Assembly (NCBI GenBank): GCA_050250895.1
Contig: JBFWNU010000001.1
Coordinates: forward strand, 1,608,008-1,672,007
Reading direction: 5' to 3'
Origin: Vulcanimicrobiota bacterium
Lineage (GTDB): Bacteria; Vulcanimicrobiota; Xenobia; Xenobiales; JADMJV01
DNA: 64,000 nucleotides
A program made the translations under genes and the position numbers. Of this stretch, positions 49,006-58,130 are shown in pieces. The notes below the pieces were generated by a model. That model ran no database searches. It was given only the letters and a program-made list of their open reading frames with translations, and had not been told where the DNA came from. How positions within the stretch are numbered: position 1 is the first letter of the stretch; every line of letters begins with the position of its first letter.

Positions 49006-49988
49006 GAGCCTTCTGGCTATTGACCCGCCTGCGCATGGCCGAGATCGTGCGCGTGCCCAGCACCATGGTTTTCTTTTTCGTGATGCCCGCGGTCATGCTG
49101 CTGGTCACGGCCGCGCTCTTTGCGGGCGGCCAACCCTATTCGCTCTGCCGGGTCGGGTTGGTGGGTGACACCGGCGGCCCCTGGGCTCTGGCCTCAGAGA
49201 TTCGCTGGTCGAACGAGAACCTCGAGCAAGGCCTGGCTCGGCTAAGAACCTCCCAGCTCAATGCCCTGATCACGCGGGACGGCGGCGGTCTGGTGGTGTT
49301 GGTCGGCCCCCGCCAACGCTTGCTGGGCGACGGTTTGGCCGCCGCCCTGCCCAAACCCGCTCGGGTCGAGGTGGTAACCGTGCCAGGGGCCAGTTTCGTC
49401 TACTACCTTTGCCCGGGAATCCTGGCTTTGGCCGTAATTCTCAGCGGGCTCTTCGGGCTCGGCCATAGCCTGGCCCGCTACCGGCAGAGCCACTTCTTGC
49501 GCAAGCTGGCCACCACGCCCCTGTCGAAGTGGACCTTCATCGCCTCGCAGCTCTGTGGGCGCGGCCTGTTGGTGCTGTTGCAAGGCGGGTTGTTGCTGCT
49601 CCTCATGGCACTGCTCGGGCTTCCCCTGAGTCTGGTGCAAGTCGTCGAAGCGATGCTGATTTGCTCGCTAGGCTTGCTGGTCTTCCTGGGGCTGGGGTTC
49701 GTGTTGGCCTGCTTCGTGCGCAATGAAGGGGTGTTGGCTGACGCCATCAACGCGCTGGGTTGGCCTCTGGTGCTGGGGTCCGAGATCTTCTTCCCCAGCG
49801 ATGTGTTGCCGGGTCCTTTGCCGGTCCTGGCCGGCTGGTTGCCGTCCACCGAGCTGGTACGATTGTTGCGGGGTGTACTGCTCGGTGGCCCGGGCGAGCG
49901 GCTGGTAGGGATGGGCGAGTTGGCCCTGTGGGCGGTGCTCGCCTTTGCCCTGGGCGGTCTGCTCTTCGATTGGACTCGGCTGGATTAG
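49002..49988 (+). CDS. ABC-2 type exporter permease
   Basis: Multi-TM protein, FLRKLATTPLSKWTF, coupled to the ATPase. Confidence 0.88.
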   Translation: MRAFWLLTRLRMAEIVRVPSTMVFFFVMPAVMLLVTAALFAGGQPYSLCRVGLVGDTGGPWALASEIRWSNENLEQGLARLRTSQLNALITRDGGGLVVLVGPRQRLLGDGLAAALPKPARVEVVTVPGASFVYYLCPGILALAVILSGLFGLGHSLARYRQSHFLRKLATTPLSKWTFIASQLCGRGLLVLLQGGLLLLLMALLGLPLSLVQVVEAMLICSLGLLVFLGLGFVLACFVRNEGVLADAINALGWPLVLGSEIFFPSDVLPGPLPVLAGWLPSTELVRLLRGVLLGGPGERLVGMGELALWAVLAFALGGLLFDWTRLD

Positions 49989-50995
49989 GTGGTTCTCAGC
50001 CGGGTGGCCAGGTCTCGCCAACCGGTTAGACGGCCCCGTTGACCGAGGGCCTGAGCCATGCCTCGGCAGGCGGTCCAACATTGCTGGCAACCCTCGATCG
50101 GTTGGCGGTCGGCGACCATCCGGGCGTGTATCACGCCAAGCGCCTCGTCTTTGACGTTGCCATAGACGGTGTCGATCCGTTCGATGCAGGCGGCCACATT
50201 GCCGACGTGGTCGATGTTGAAGGACTGCACCCCGGCCCGACAGGTTGGCAGCTCGCCGTCCCCGAGAAAGGCGTGCATGTCGCGAAAGTAGTCGCCGAAG
50301 TAGCGCAGGTGAGGGTAGCGGCGCCACCACTTCAAGAGCGCCTCGGCGGCTTCGGGACCGGGCAACTGGTCGAGTTGCGAGCGCCCGCGTCGAAAGCCCC
50401 CGGTCGATAGCAGCGTGAACTGATGGCCCACGCCATGGGCGTGGCTGAGCTCGAGCAAAGCCTCGAGATCGCGCCAATTGTCTTCCATCACCACGCTCAT
50501 CACGGCCACCTGTTTGCCGCCGCGGGGGGCGGCGGCTCGTAGCCGGTCGACGGCTTGCCAGGCCCTTTCGAAGGCCCCGGGCAAGCAGCGTTTGGCGTCG
50601 TGACGCTCCGGGTCGGGATAGTCGATCGAGATGCAGCAGGTACCCAGCCCTGCCTCGAACAGGGCCCTGGCATTTTCGGCCGTAACATACCAGCCGTTGG
50701 TGAAGAGAGTCGGGATGTGCTGGTCCGAGAAGGCGCCGACGATCTCGACTAAGTCCTGGCGTACGAACGGCTCGCCGCCTTCGATCGAGATCAGAAAGTT
50801 GCCCAGTTGACCGAGTTCGCTGGCCAGGCGCCGGTAGTGGTCGAGAGACAACTCGTGGTCGCGGTCGGTGTTGGGCCAGAAATCGCAAAAGCTGCATTTC
50901 ATGTTGCAGCGGTTGGTGACCTGGAGAAGGCAGTTGAAGGGCCGGTTGAAAAGCACCCCCAGGGCAAAGCGCAGATCGCGAAGCCAGTCCTGCAT
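49985..50995 (-). CDS. Radical SAM protein with SPASM/twitch domain
   Basis: CNMKCSFC, GGEP, TNG; C-terminal CRAG..ACIE..CQQCWTAC. Confidence 0.92.
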   Translation of the reverse strand: MQDWLRDLRFALGVLFNRPFNCLLQVTNRCNMKCSFCDFWPNTDRDHELSLDHYRRLASELGQLGNFLISIEGGEPFVRQDLVEIVGAFSDQHIPTLFTNGWYVTAENARALFEAGLGTCCISIDYPDPERHDAKRCLPGAFERAWQAVDRLRAAAPRGGKQVAVMSVVMEDNWRDLEALLELSHAHGVGHQFTLLSTGGFRRGRSQLDQLPGPEAAEALLKWWRRYPHLRYFGDYFRDMHAFLGDGELPTCRAGVQSFNIDHVGNVAACIERIDTVYGNVKDEALGVIHARMVADRQPIEGCQQCWTACRGMAQALGQRGRLTGWRDLATRLRTT

Positions 50996-51087
50996 CGGGG
51001 CGTCTTCCTCGGCGGGAGACGAAAGCCATCCTAGATTGATAAAAGACGAGCCAGAGGCCCTTTGCTGGCTAGCAAGAAAGGCAAGGT

Positions 51088-52260
51088 ATGCGCTTGTTTG
51101 TCGCTTGCTGGGCCCTGCTCCTCCTGAGCCTGCCGGCCCTGGGCGAGCCCGGCTTCTGGGACCAGCCGCGCCGCGGTGCCAACGGCTTTCTCACGCATCC
51201 CACCGAAGAGTGGTTTGCCCAGGCCCACCAGGCGGGGCTGGAGTGGGTGCGCTTGAGCCCGGCCAACTGGCCGGCCGCCGAGCGCGACTTTCTGGTGGGC
51301 GATGCCGATCATTATCAAGGCATTCCTAAGGCCGACCTGGCTTTGCTCAAAGAGGTGCTGGGGTGGGCCGAGCAACACCACGTGAAAGTGGTCCTGACCC
51401 AATTGACCCTGCCCGGGGCTCGCTACCGCCAGCACAACGGCAATCGCTATGACGACCGCATTTGGCAAGATGCCGAGTTCCGCCGTCAGGCGGCCGCCTT
51501 CTGGCGCGACCTGGCCCGTGAGCTGCACGGCAATCCGGCCATTGTTGCCTATAACCTGCTCAACGAGCCCGCCCCGGAACTGGGCACCGGACTGCCCGAA
51601 TATGGAACCACTCCCGACGACCAGCGTCACTGGTATGCCCAGCATCGAGGCACGGGGCGTGACCTGCCAGCCTTTTACAACCAGGTCATCGCGGCCATTC
51701 GCGAGGTCGACCCCGACACCCCGATCATGCTCGATGCCGGTTGGTATTCCCAGCCGATGGCGTTCACCGCCTGGCCCTCCTTCGAAGACGACAATCTGCT
51801 CTACGACTTTCATAGCTACGAGCCGTCAGAGTTCGTCAGTCGCCTCAACTTTCGCGAGCATCGAGGCTATGTCTATCCCGGTCGCATTCCCTATGCGGGC
51901 CGTGAGATGCAATGGGACAAGGCCACCCTGCGGGGCCACCTGCAGCCGTTTTTCGACTGGGCCAAACAGCGGTCGATCCCCACGAGCCGCCTGGTGGCCG
52001 GCGAGTTCGGCTGCTTTCGCCGCAATCCAGGCTGTGCTCAGTACCTGGCCGACTCCATCGACATCTTCGAAGAACACGGGATTCACTGGGCCTTCTACGG
52101 TTTTCGCGAAGACGGCTGGGAGGGTATGGACTATGAGGTCGGCCCCGGGCCGCTCGGCCCGGGGTATTGGGAGGCCGTCGAGGCTGGTCAGCGACCGCCG
52201 CTGGAGCGCGGTCCTAATCCGCTCTGGAACGCCATCCAGGCGCGGCTTCCGCGGAGGTAG
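51088..52260 (+). CDS. Secreted glycoside hydrolase family 5
   Basis: Signal peptide; LLNEP acid/base, FHSYEP, AGEFG nucleophile. Confidence 0.9.
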   Translation: MRLFVACWALLLLSLPALGEPGFWDQPRRGANGFLTHPTEEWFAQAHQAGLEWVRLSPANWPAAERDFLVGDADHYQGIPKADLALLKEVLGWAEQHHVKVVLTQLTLPGARYRQHNGNRYDDRIWQDAEFRRQAAAFWRDLARELHGNPAIVAYNLLNEPAPELGTGLPEYGTTPDDQRHWYAQHRGTGRDLPAFYNQVIAAIREVDPDTPIMLDAGWYSQPMAFTAWPSFEDDNLLYDFHSYEPSEFVSRLNFREHRGYVYPGRIPYAGREMQWDKATLRGHLQPFFDWAKQRSIPTSRLVAGEFGCFRRNPGCAQYLADSIDIFEEHGIHWAFYGFREDGWEGMDYEVGPGPLGPGYWEAVEAGQRPPLERGPNPLWNAIQARLPRR

Positions 52261-52262
52261 AG

Positions 52263-52722
52263 TTGGGTGCGATTACCTTCGCCTTGGACCTGGATCTTCA
52301 TCGCTTTCAGGCGATAGCCTCGGCCTTTCGTGCTCGCGTGGGGCCGCCTTTCGGGGACTGTCAGTTGCTAGGGATGGACCTGGGCGTGCGCGAGAAGTGG
52401 TTGCTTGAAGTCGTGCCGCGCCTGGATGGCGCCTGCCTCTCGCCAGAGTGCCGGATTCGCTCGCAAGCGGGGAGCGGCTCTCGGCCACGGTGGAGGCGGG
52501 TCGGGCGAGGGATTGCTGGGTTGGCTCGATGGCCAGGAGACGAGCGCCCTGGTGGCTCTTCTTGAGGCCTACCCTCTGGCTGGACCGATTCCACCGACGC
52601 TAGGCGACTTAGACCCCTTTCTTGCCCAGGAATATCTGCCGGACCTTCGGGCCGTGATGGTTCGGTTGCGCGATTTCGCCGCTGCGACCCGGGGTCGGGG
52701 ACTGATCCTCAGGCGTCAGTAG
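52263..52722 (+). pseudogene. Possible frameshifted or internally deleted hypothetical gene
   Basis: Overlapping ORFs 52263-52565 and 52405-52722; the protein-like halves switch frame near 52460-52485. Confidence 0.4.
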
Positions 52723-52747
52723 TTCCTCTACGGTTACTTTTTTTGGG

Positions 52748-52776
52748 TTGACATTTTACCGAACGTTCGGTAAAAT
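52748..52776 (+). promoter_or_regulatory. sigma70 promoter overlapped by a perfect 24-bp palindrome (likely TetR operator)
   Basis: TTGACA-17-TAAAAT; ATTTTACCGAACGTTCGGTAAAAT at 52753-52776. Confidence 0.85.
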
Positions 52777-52804
52777 ACAGAAACCAACAATAAGGAGCCT
52801 TCCA

Positions 52805-53401
52805 ATGAAGCTTTATGGCCACCCTCTATCCGGTCACTCTCACCGAGTGGAGTTGTTCCTCAACCTGCTCGGACTCGACTTTGAAAGTGTCACTGTAGAC
52901 TTGCTGAAGGGCGAGCATCGCCAAGACGATTTTTTGCGCCTCAACCCCTTCGGCCAGGTACCGGTGCTCGAGGATGACGGAATCGTGCTGGCCGACTCCA
53001 ACGCGATTCTAGTCTATCTAGCCCAGCGCTATGGTCCCGAGTGGCTTCCGGCCGACCCGGTTGTCCAGGCTCGCATCCAGCGCTGGCTTTCGGTGGCCGC
53101 CGGTGAGCTCGCTTCGGGTCCGGCCGCGGCCCGCCTGGTTACCGTGTTCGGAGCTGGCTATGACCACCTGGCGGTGAAGGAGAAGGCCCACAAGTTACTT
53201 GGTCTGCTCGAGGCTCACCTGGGGCAAGCATCGTGGATGGCGGGCGAGCGACCTACCATCGCCGACATCTCGCTTTATACCTATGTCGCTCACGCCCCCG
53301 AGGGCCAGGTCGCCCTGGATGCTTATCCGAAGGTGCGAGCCTGGCTGGACCGCATCGAACAGCTGCCCAACTTCGTCGGCATGCAGAAGACGAAGGTGTG
53401 A
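52805..53401 (+). CDS. Glutathione S-transferase family protein
   Basis: [26 protein letters not shown]. Confidence 0.93.
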   Translation: MKLYGHPLSGHSHRVELFLNLLGLDFESVTVDLLKGEHRQDDFLRLNPFGQVPVLEDDGIVLADSNAILVYLAQRYGPEWLPADPVVQARIQRWLSVAAGELASGPAAARLVTVFGAGYDHLAVKEKAHKLLGLLEAHLGQASWMAGERPTIADISLYTYVAHAPEGQVALDAYPKVRAWLDRIEQLPNFVGMQKTKV

Positions 53402-53402
53402 G

Positions 53403-54329
53403 ATGATAGGCCCTTCCCCGTTTCATCCAGGCGAGCAGCTCGTCCAGGAGAGGGCCGGCGTGCGAACCAAAGCCGAGGCTCTTGGGCAACGCATGATCAA
53501 GACCTCTATGCCCGCTCAGCACCAGGAGTTCTACGCCCAGCTCCCACTGCTGTTTTTCGCCACTCTCGACGGTGAAGGGCGGCCGTGGGCCTCGGTGCTC
53601 TCGGGCCAGCCCGGCTTTGCCCAGGCCCCTGGCCCCGACAGGCTGAGGGTCCAGGCGCGGCCCCCCGCTTTCGACCCCGGTCTCTTTCAAGAAGGCGCTC
53701 TGGTGGGCATGCTGGGACTGGAGTTCGAGACCCGCCGGCGCAATCGACTCAACGGCCGCATCAGGTCGGTTCAGGACCAGGGCTTCAGCCTCGAGGTGCA
53801 CCAGGCGTTCGGAAATTGCCCCAAGTATATTCAGACCCGCAGCCGACGACCACATCGCCTCCGCCCCCGATTGTTGGCTCAAAGCTCGCGTTTCGAGCCG
53901 TCGATGGCCTCTCTCATCGAGCATTCGGACACGTTCATGGTTGCCTCGGTCAACCCCGGCGAGGGTCTGGACCTTTCCCACCGAGGGGGACGGCCCGGGT
54001 TTGTGAAAGTGGTCGACGAGCGCACGCTCTGGTGGCCCGATTTCGTAGGCAACAACCAGTTCAATACGCTGGGCAACCTCGCTGTCGACGGCCGCAGCGG
54101 GTATCTTTTCTTCGATCTCGCCAGGGGAATGTTGCTTTATCTAACGGGCCATACTTCGATTCACTGGGAGCATCCCGAGCTGCAGGCAGTGGAAGGGGCA
54201 AAGCGCATGCTGAGCTTTCGCCTGGAGGAGGCGCGGATGGTGGCCGATAGCTTGCCGTTTCGCTGGCAACTCGAGCAGTCTTCGCCGGGGTTGGTTGGCA
54301 CCGGGACCTTTACTCAGGGCAACCCCTGA
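53403..54329 (+). CDS. Pyridoxamine 5'-phosphate oxidase-like FMN-binding protein (tandem domains)
   Basis: PFHPGE, RRRNRLNG, GNCPKYIQ, SHRGGRPGFV, GNNQFNTLGN. Confidence 0.9.
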   Translation: MIGPSPFHPGEQLVQERAGVRTKAEALGQRMIKTSMPAQHQEFYAQLPLLFFATLDGEGRPWASVLSGQPGFAQAPGPDRLRVQARPPAFDPGLFQEGALVGMLGLEFETRRRNRLNGRIRSVQDQGFSLEVHQAFGNCPKYIQTRSRRPHRLRPRLLAQSSRFEPSMASLIEHSDTFMVASVNPGEGLDLSHRGGRPGFVKVVDERTLWWPDFVGNNQFNTLGNLAVDGRSGYLFFDLARGMLLYLTGHTSIHWEHPELQAVEGAKRMLSFRLEEARMVADSLPFRWQLEQSSPGLVGTGTFTQGNP

Positions 54330-54375
54330 CAGGCCAGCCATCGTGGGGCGCGAACACCAGGTGAGGAGAACGATC

Positions 54376-54933
54376 GTGCCAGCCCCCATCGTATCGAAAG
54401 AAGAAGTGTTGCAGCGCCTCACCGAGGCCTTTCGCCGGGTGGGCTACGAGGGGGCGTCCATGGCCTTTCTGGCCGAGCAGACCGGGCTCAAGAAGGCCAG
54501 CCTCTACCACTACTTTCCGGGCGGCAAGAAGGAGATGGGTGAGGCTGCCCTGGCTCAGGTCGGCTTGTGGTTACAGGACGAGATCCTGGCCACTCTGCTC
54601 CAAGACAAGCCTCCCCGGGAACGGTTGCAAGCCATGAGCGTCAGGCTCGACGAGTTCTATCAGTCGGGCCAGAAGTGGTGCCTGGTCGACCTCTTCTCGG
54701 TGGGCGAGGCGGGTCAGCACTTTCAGAGCATTCTTAAAGAGGCTCTAACCACCTGGATGAAAGAGTTGGCCCGAGTGGCCGAGCAGGCGGGAGTGGAGAA
54801 GAAGCTGGCTCGCCACCGGGCCGAAGAGGTCTTGATCGCCCTGCAAGGCTCCCTGGTCATGGCTCGCGCTCTGGGCGAACCCGGGCTTTTCTTGCGCACC
54901 CTTCGCGAGCTACCGGCTCGGATGCTCGATTAA
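54376..54933 (+). CDS. TetR/AcrR family transcriptional regulator
   Basis: FRRVGYEGASM..GLKKASLYHYFPGGK HTH; AGGAG RBS before GTG. Confidence 0.93.
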   Translation: MPAPIVSKEEVLQRLTEAFRRVGYEGASMAFLAEQTGLKKASLYHYFPGGKKEMGEAALAQVGLWLQDEILATLLQDKPPRERLQAMSVRLDEFYQSGQKWCLVDLFSVGEAGQHFQSILKEALTTWMKELARVAEQAGVEKKLARHRAEEVLIALQGSLVMARALGEPGLFLRTLRELPARMLD

Positions 54934-56276
54934 TCGGGAAATTTCCAGCCGGCCAGGAATTGGCGGCCCAGGCGCTTGCCCACATCTCGCAGTAGCGGAG
55001 CCAATTGGCGATAGGCCGAGAGCACCTCGACCACCTCATCGACCAGCCGCTCGACCTCCTCTGCGCGGATGGTCAGGGGCGGCTCGAGCTTGAGCACGTC
55101 CCAGCGCAGGGCGGCCGGTTGGCAGATGATGCCGCGCTCGAGCAGACGCACGGCCAGCCATTGGCCGAAGACGTTGCGCGAGACGGCTCCCACCACCGAG
55201 CCTTTCAAGCCCCCGGGCTCGACGCCCAGTTCCACGCCGACCAGCAAGCCGCGCCCACGCACTTCGCGGACCAGGGGGTGCCCGTCGAGGGCCGTGCGCA
55301 AGCCCTCGAGCAGTTGCTCGCCTCGTAGGCGCGCGTTTTCGACCAGGCTTTCCTCGCCGAGAATGCGCAAGCTGGCTCTGGCGGCGGCACAGCCGAGAGC
55401 GTAGCCCGAGAAGGTCGAGCCATGCAGGTCGAAGCGCTCCATCGTGCCATAGGCTCGCTGGTGCAAGTCTCGGCTGGTGAGACAGGCCGAGACCGGCAGG
55501 ATGCCGCCTCCCAGTGCCTTACCCAGAATCACCACATCGGGTTCGAGCTGGCCCTGAAAAGCAAACAGTTGCCCGCTGCGTCCCAGGCCGGTCTGGACCT
55601 CGTCGAGCAAGAGCAGCGAGCCGTTGGCCCGACACAAGCGCTGGGCCTGGCTCAGATAATCTGGCCCGGGCAGGCGGACCCCGCCCTCGCCCTGGATGGG
55701 CTCGACCAGAAAGGCGGCCACGCCGGGATGCAGGGCCTTCTCGAGGGCGGCCAGATCACCGAAGGGGACCCGCAGGCAGTCCGTCAGAAGCGGCTCGAAG
55801 GGGGCCCGCATGCGCTCGGCGCCCATCACCGAAAGCGCCCCGAAGCCGGTGCCGTGAAAGCCGTCTTCGCAGTAGACGAAGCCGGCCCGTCCGGTGGCCG
55901 CCCGGGCCAGCTTGAGGGCCGATTCGACCGCCTCGCCACCCGAGGTCGAAAACATGGCCACCTCGAGGGGTGGGCCGGCCAGGGCCGTCAGCTCTTGAGC
56001 CAGTTCGGCCACGGCTGGCGAGGGCCCGATGTGGAGCAGGTCGGGGTGGGGCTTGGCCAGCTCGTCAGACAGCGCCTTGCGTAGGGCCGGGTGGCGATGG
56101 CCGAGGTTGGTGGCTCCGAACCCGGCCAGGGCATCGAGATATTCGCGACCCTCGCTATCCCACAGTCGGGTGCCCTCGGCTCGCACAAAGACCCGGCCAT
56201 AGCCGAGAACGCCCAGCAGTTTGACGAAGGCCGGGTTGACGTGGCGGGCATAGGTCTCGACGATGGGGTGGCTCAG
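54930..56276 (-). CDS. Class III PLP-dependent aminotransferase; probable CTG start
   Basis: YLDALAGFG..LGH, FLVEPIQGEGG, DEVQTGLGRSG, GKALGGG; frame extends 30 codons above the track start (YARHVNPAFVKLLG) to a CTGA overlap with GGAGG RBS. Confidence 0.9.
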   Translation of the reverse strand: MSHPIVETYARHVNPAFVKLLGVLGYGRVFVRAEGTRLWDSEGREYLDALAGFGATNLGHRHPALRKALSDELAKPHPDLLHIGPSPAVAELAQELTALAGPPLEVAMFSTSGGEAVESALKLARAATGRAGFVYCEDGFHGTGFGALSVMGAERMRAPFEPLLTDCLRVPFGDLAALEKALHPGVAAFLVEPIQGEGGVRLPGPDYLSQAQRLCRANGSLLLLDEVQTGLGRSGQLFAFQGQLEPDVVILGKALGGGILPVSACLTSRDLHQRAYGTMERFDLHGSTFSGYALGCAAARASLRILGEESLVENARLRGEQLLEGLRTALDGHPLVREVRGRGLLVGVELGVEPGGLKGSVVGAVSRNVFGQWLAVRLLERGIICQPAALRWDVLKLEPPLTIRAEEVERLVDEVVEVLSAYRQLAPLLRDVGKRLGRQFLAGWKFPD

Positions 56277-57304
56277 GGGGCCTCCAGGCGGTCGCGCAAA
56301 GTGGCCGCAAGGGCCGGGGCGTCTTGAGCCATGCCGCGCAGGAACTGGCTGCTCACGCCGCGGGCGCAGTGGACTCCCATCAGGAACAGGCCAGGCGTAT
56401 TGACGCTCTCGCCCTGGTTGCCCAAGGGGTGGCCGTCGGCCGGCGAGCGAGCCACGCTCTCGGGCAGATAGGCCATGGCGTAGCGGTAGCCGGTGGCGCA
56501 GACCACCAGGTCGAACTCGGCCTGGCTGCCGTCGCTAAAGGTGGCCGTCTTGCCCTCGAAGGTCTTCACCGGGGGGCGCACCTGCAGCCGGCCCTCTTGC
56601 TGAAAACGGCGAAAGTCCTGGTCATAGCCGGTGAAGGTGGGTGACTTGCGGCAATAGCCCCAGGCCAGCCAGCGGGGCAGCCAGGACAGCCGAAAGGCAT
56701 AGTCATGAACATCGCGCCCCAGCAGGCGCTGAGGGCTGAACTTGACCTGGCCGCGGCAGCTGACCGTGGGCTTGAGGCCGGCTCGGCAGCTTTCTTCGGC
56801 GATCTCGACGGCGCTCACTCCACGACCGATGATGAGCAGACGCCGAGCGGCCAGCTGGTCGGGCCCTCGCCACTGGCTCGAGTGCATCCAGTTGGGTCCG
56901 AGGGGAAGGTCGGGCCAGTTCAACCCGTCCATGCCAGTGGCCGTGACCACGGCTTGAAAGTGCTGGCGGTGGTCGCCAAAATCGACCTCGAAACCGCCCT
57001 CGACCACCGTCAGGCTGGTCACTTCGGCCGGCTCGGGCTCGAGTTCGAAATGGCGCGCGTAGTGGTGCAGATAGTCGCGATAGCCGGCCACGGTGACGTA
57101 TTCTCCCGGTGTCTCGATGGCCAGACCCGGCAAGCTGGTCCAGCGGGCTGGCGACGAGAGCGTGATGCGTTCGTGTAGCCAGTTGTAGGCTCCACCCGGG
57201 CGGCCCTGGCGGTCGACGAAGCGGGCCTGGATACCCTGCTGAGCCAGGCTGGCCATGGTGGCAAGCCCCGCCGGTCCTGCTCCGATCACCAGCACCTGAC
57301 TCAT
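56273..57304 (-). CDS. Flavin-containing monooxygenase-like NAD(P)/FAD oxidoreductase
   Basis: GAGPAG, ATG, WMHSSQWR (FMO motif), GRGVSA, ATGY. Confidence 0.88.
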   Translation of the reverse strand: MSQVLVIGAGPAGLATMASLAQQGIQARFVDRQGRPGGAYNWLHERITLSSPARWTSLPGLAIETPGEYVTVAGYRDYLHHYARHFELEPEPAEVTSLTVVEGGFEVDFGDHRQHFQAVVTATGMDGLNWPDLPLGPNWMHSSQWRGPDQLAARRLLIIGRGVSAVEIAEESCRAGLKPTVSCRGQVKFSPQRLLGRDVHDYAFRLSWLPRWLAWGYCRKSPTFTGYDQDFRRFQQEGRLQVRPPVKTFEGKTATFSDGSQAEFDLVVCATGYRYAMAYLPESVARSPADGHPLGNQGESVNTPGLFLMGVHCARGVSSQFLRGMAQDAPALAATLRDRLEAP

Positions 57305-57380
57305 TCCCAGGCTTTCGCGAGGTCGACCGACCATCCCGCCGGGGAAAGAAAAGATGCCGGGGGGGCGAACTCTAGACTCC

Positions 57381-58130
57381 ATGGGACTTCTCTCGCGCGA
57401 TACCTCGCCCGAAGCTGAAAAAGTTCAGTTTGACATCCTCCGACGCCGCGGCATGCAGGGGCGGCTGGTCCTGCTAGAAGAGGCGATGCTGACCGGCTGG
57501 GCTCTGGCTCGCATGGGGGTGGCCCAGCGGCACGGTGAAGGCGTGCCAGATGCCGACCAGGAGAAAGACGCGATGAAGCCACTGGAAACCCCGCTTGAGG
57601 TGACGCGGGTGCTCGACGCTTTGGCTATTCCCTATGTGGTCGGCGGTTCCTACGCCAGCAGCCTCCACGGGGAACCGCGCTCTACTCGCGATTGTGATCT
57701 GGTGGTGGAATTGGTCAAAGGGCATCTCGGTCGCTTTTGCCAGGCCCTCGAGGACAAATTCTACTTGAGTCGAGCAGCCATCGAAGAGGCCTTGGCTCGC
57801 AAGAGCACGTTCAATCTCATTCACTTTCAAACAGGTTTCAAGATCGACATCTTCGTCTCGGCTGGGCGCCCGTTCGACCGAGAGCGCATGGCCCGAGCCC
57901 TGGTTCTCGAGGTTGCCGGCCAACCGGTCAGATTCTCGACGGCCGAGGACACGATCCTGGCCAAATTGGAGTGGCAGGCTCTGTCGAACAGCGAACAGCA
58001 GTGGCGCGATATTCTCGGTATCGTCCTGCTAGCGGAAGACGGCTTGGACCGGGGCTATCTGCGCCATTGGGCAACCGAACTCGGTGTGCTTGAGCAACTC
58101 GAGCAAGCCTTCGCGGCGGTTAGCGAATAA
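57381..58130 (+). CDS. Nucleotidyltransferase-fold protein with N-terminal antitoxin-like segment
   Basis: VVGGSYASSLHGEPRSTRDCDLVV NTase motif, KIDIF, EDTILAKL; N-terminal DTSPEAEKVQFDILRR; internal AGGAG-ATG at 57573. Confidence 0.8.
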   Translation: MGLLSRDTSPEAEKVQFDILRRRGMQGRLVLLEEAMLTGWALARMGVAQRHGEGVPDADQEKDAMKPLETPLEVTRVLDALAIPYVVGGSYASSLHGEPRSTRDCDLVVELVKGHLGRFCQALEDKFYLSRAAIEEALARKSTFNLIHFQTGFKIDIFVSAGRPFDRERMARALVLEVAGQPVRFSTAEDTILAKLEWQALSNSEQQWRDILGIVLLAEDGLDRGYLRHWATELGVLEQLEQAFAAVSE

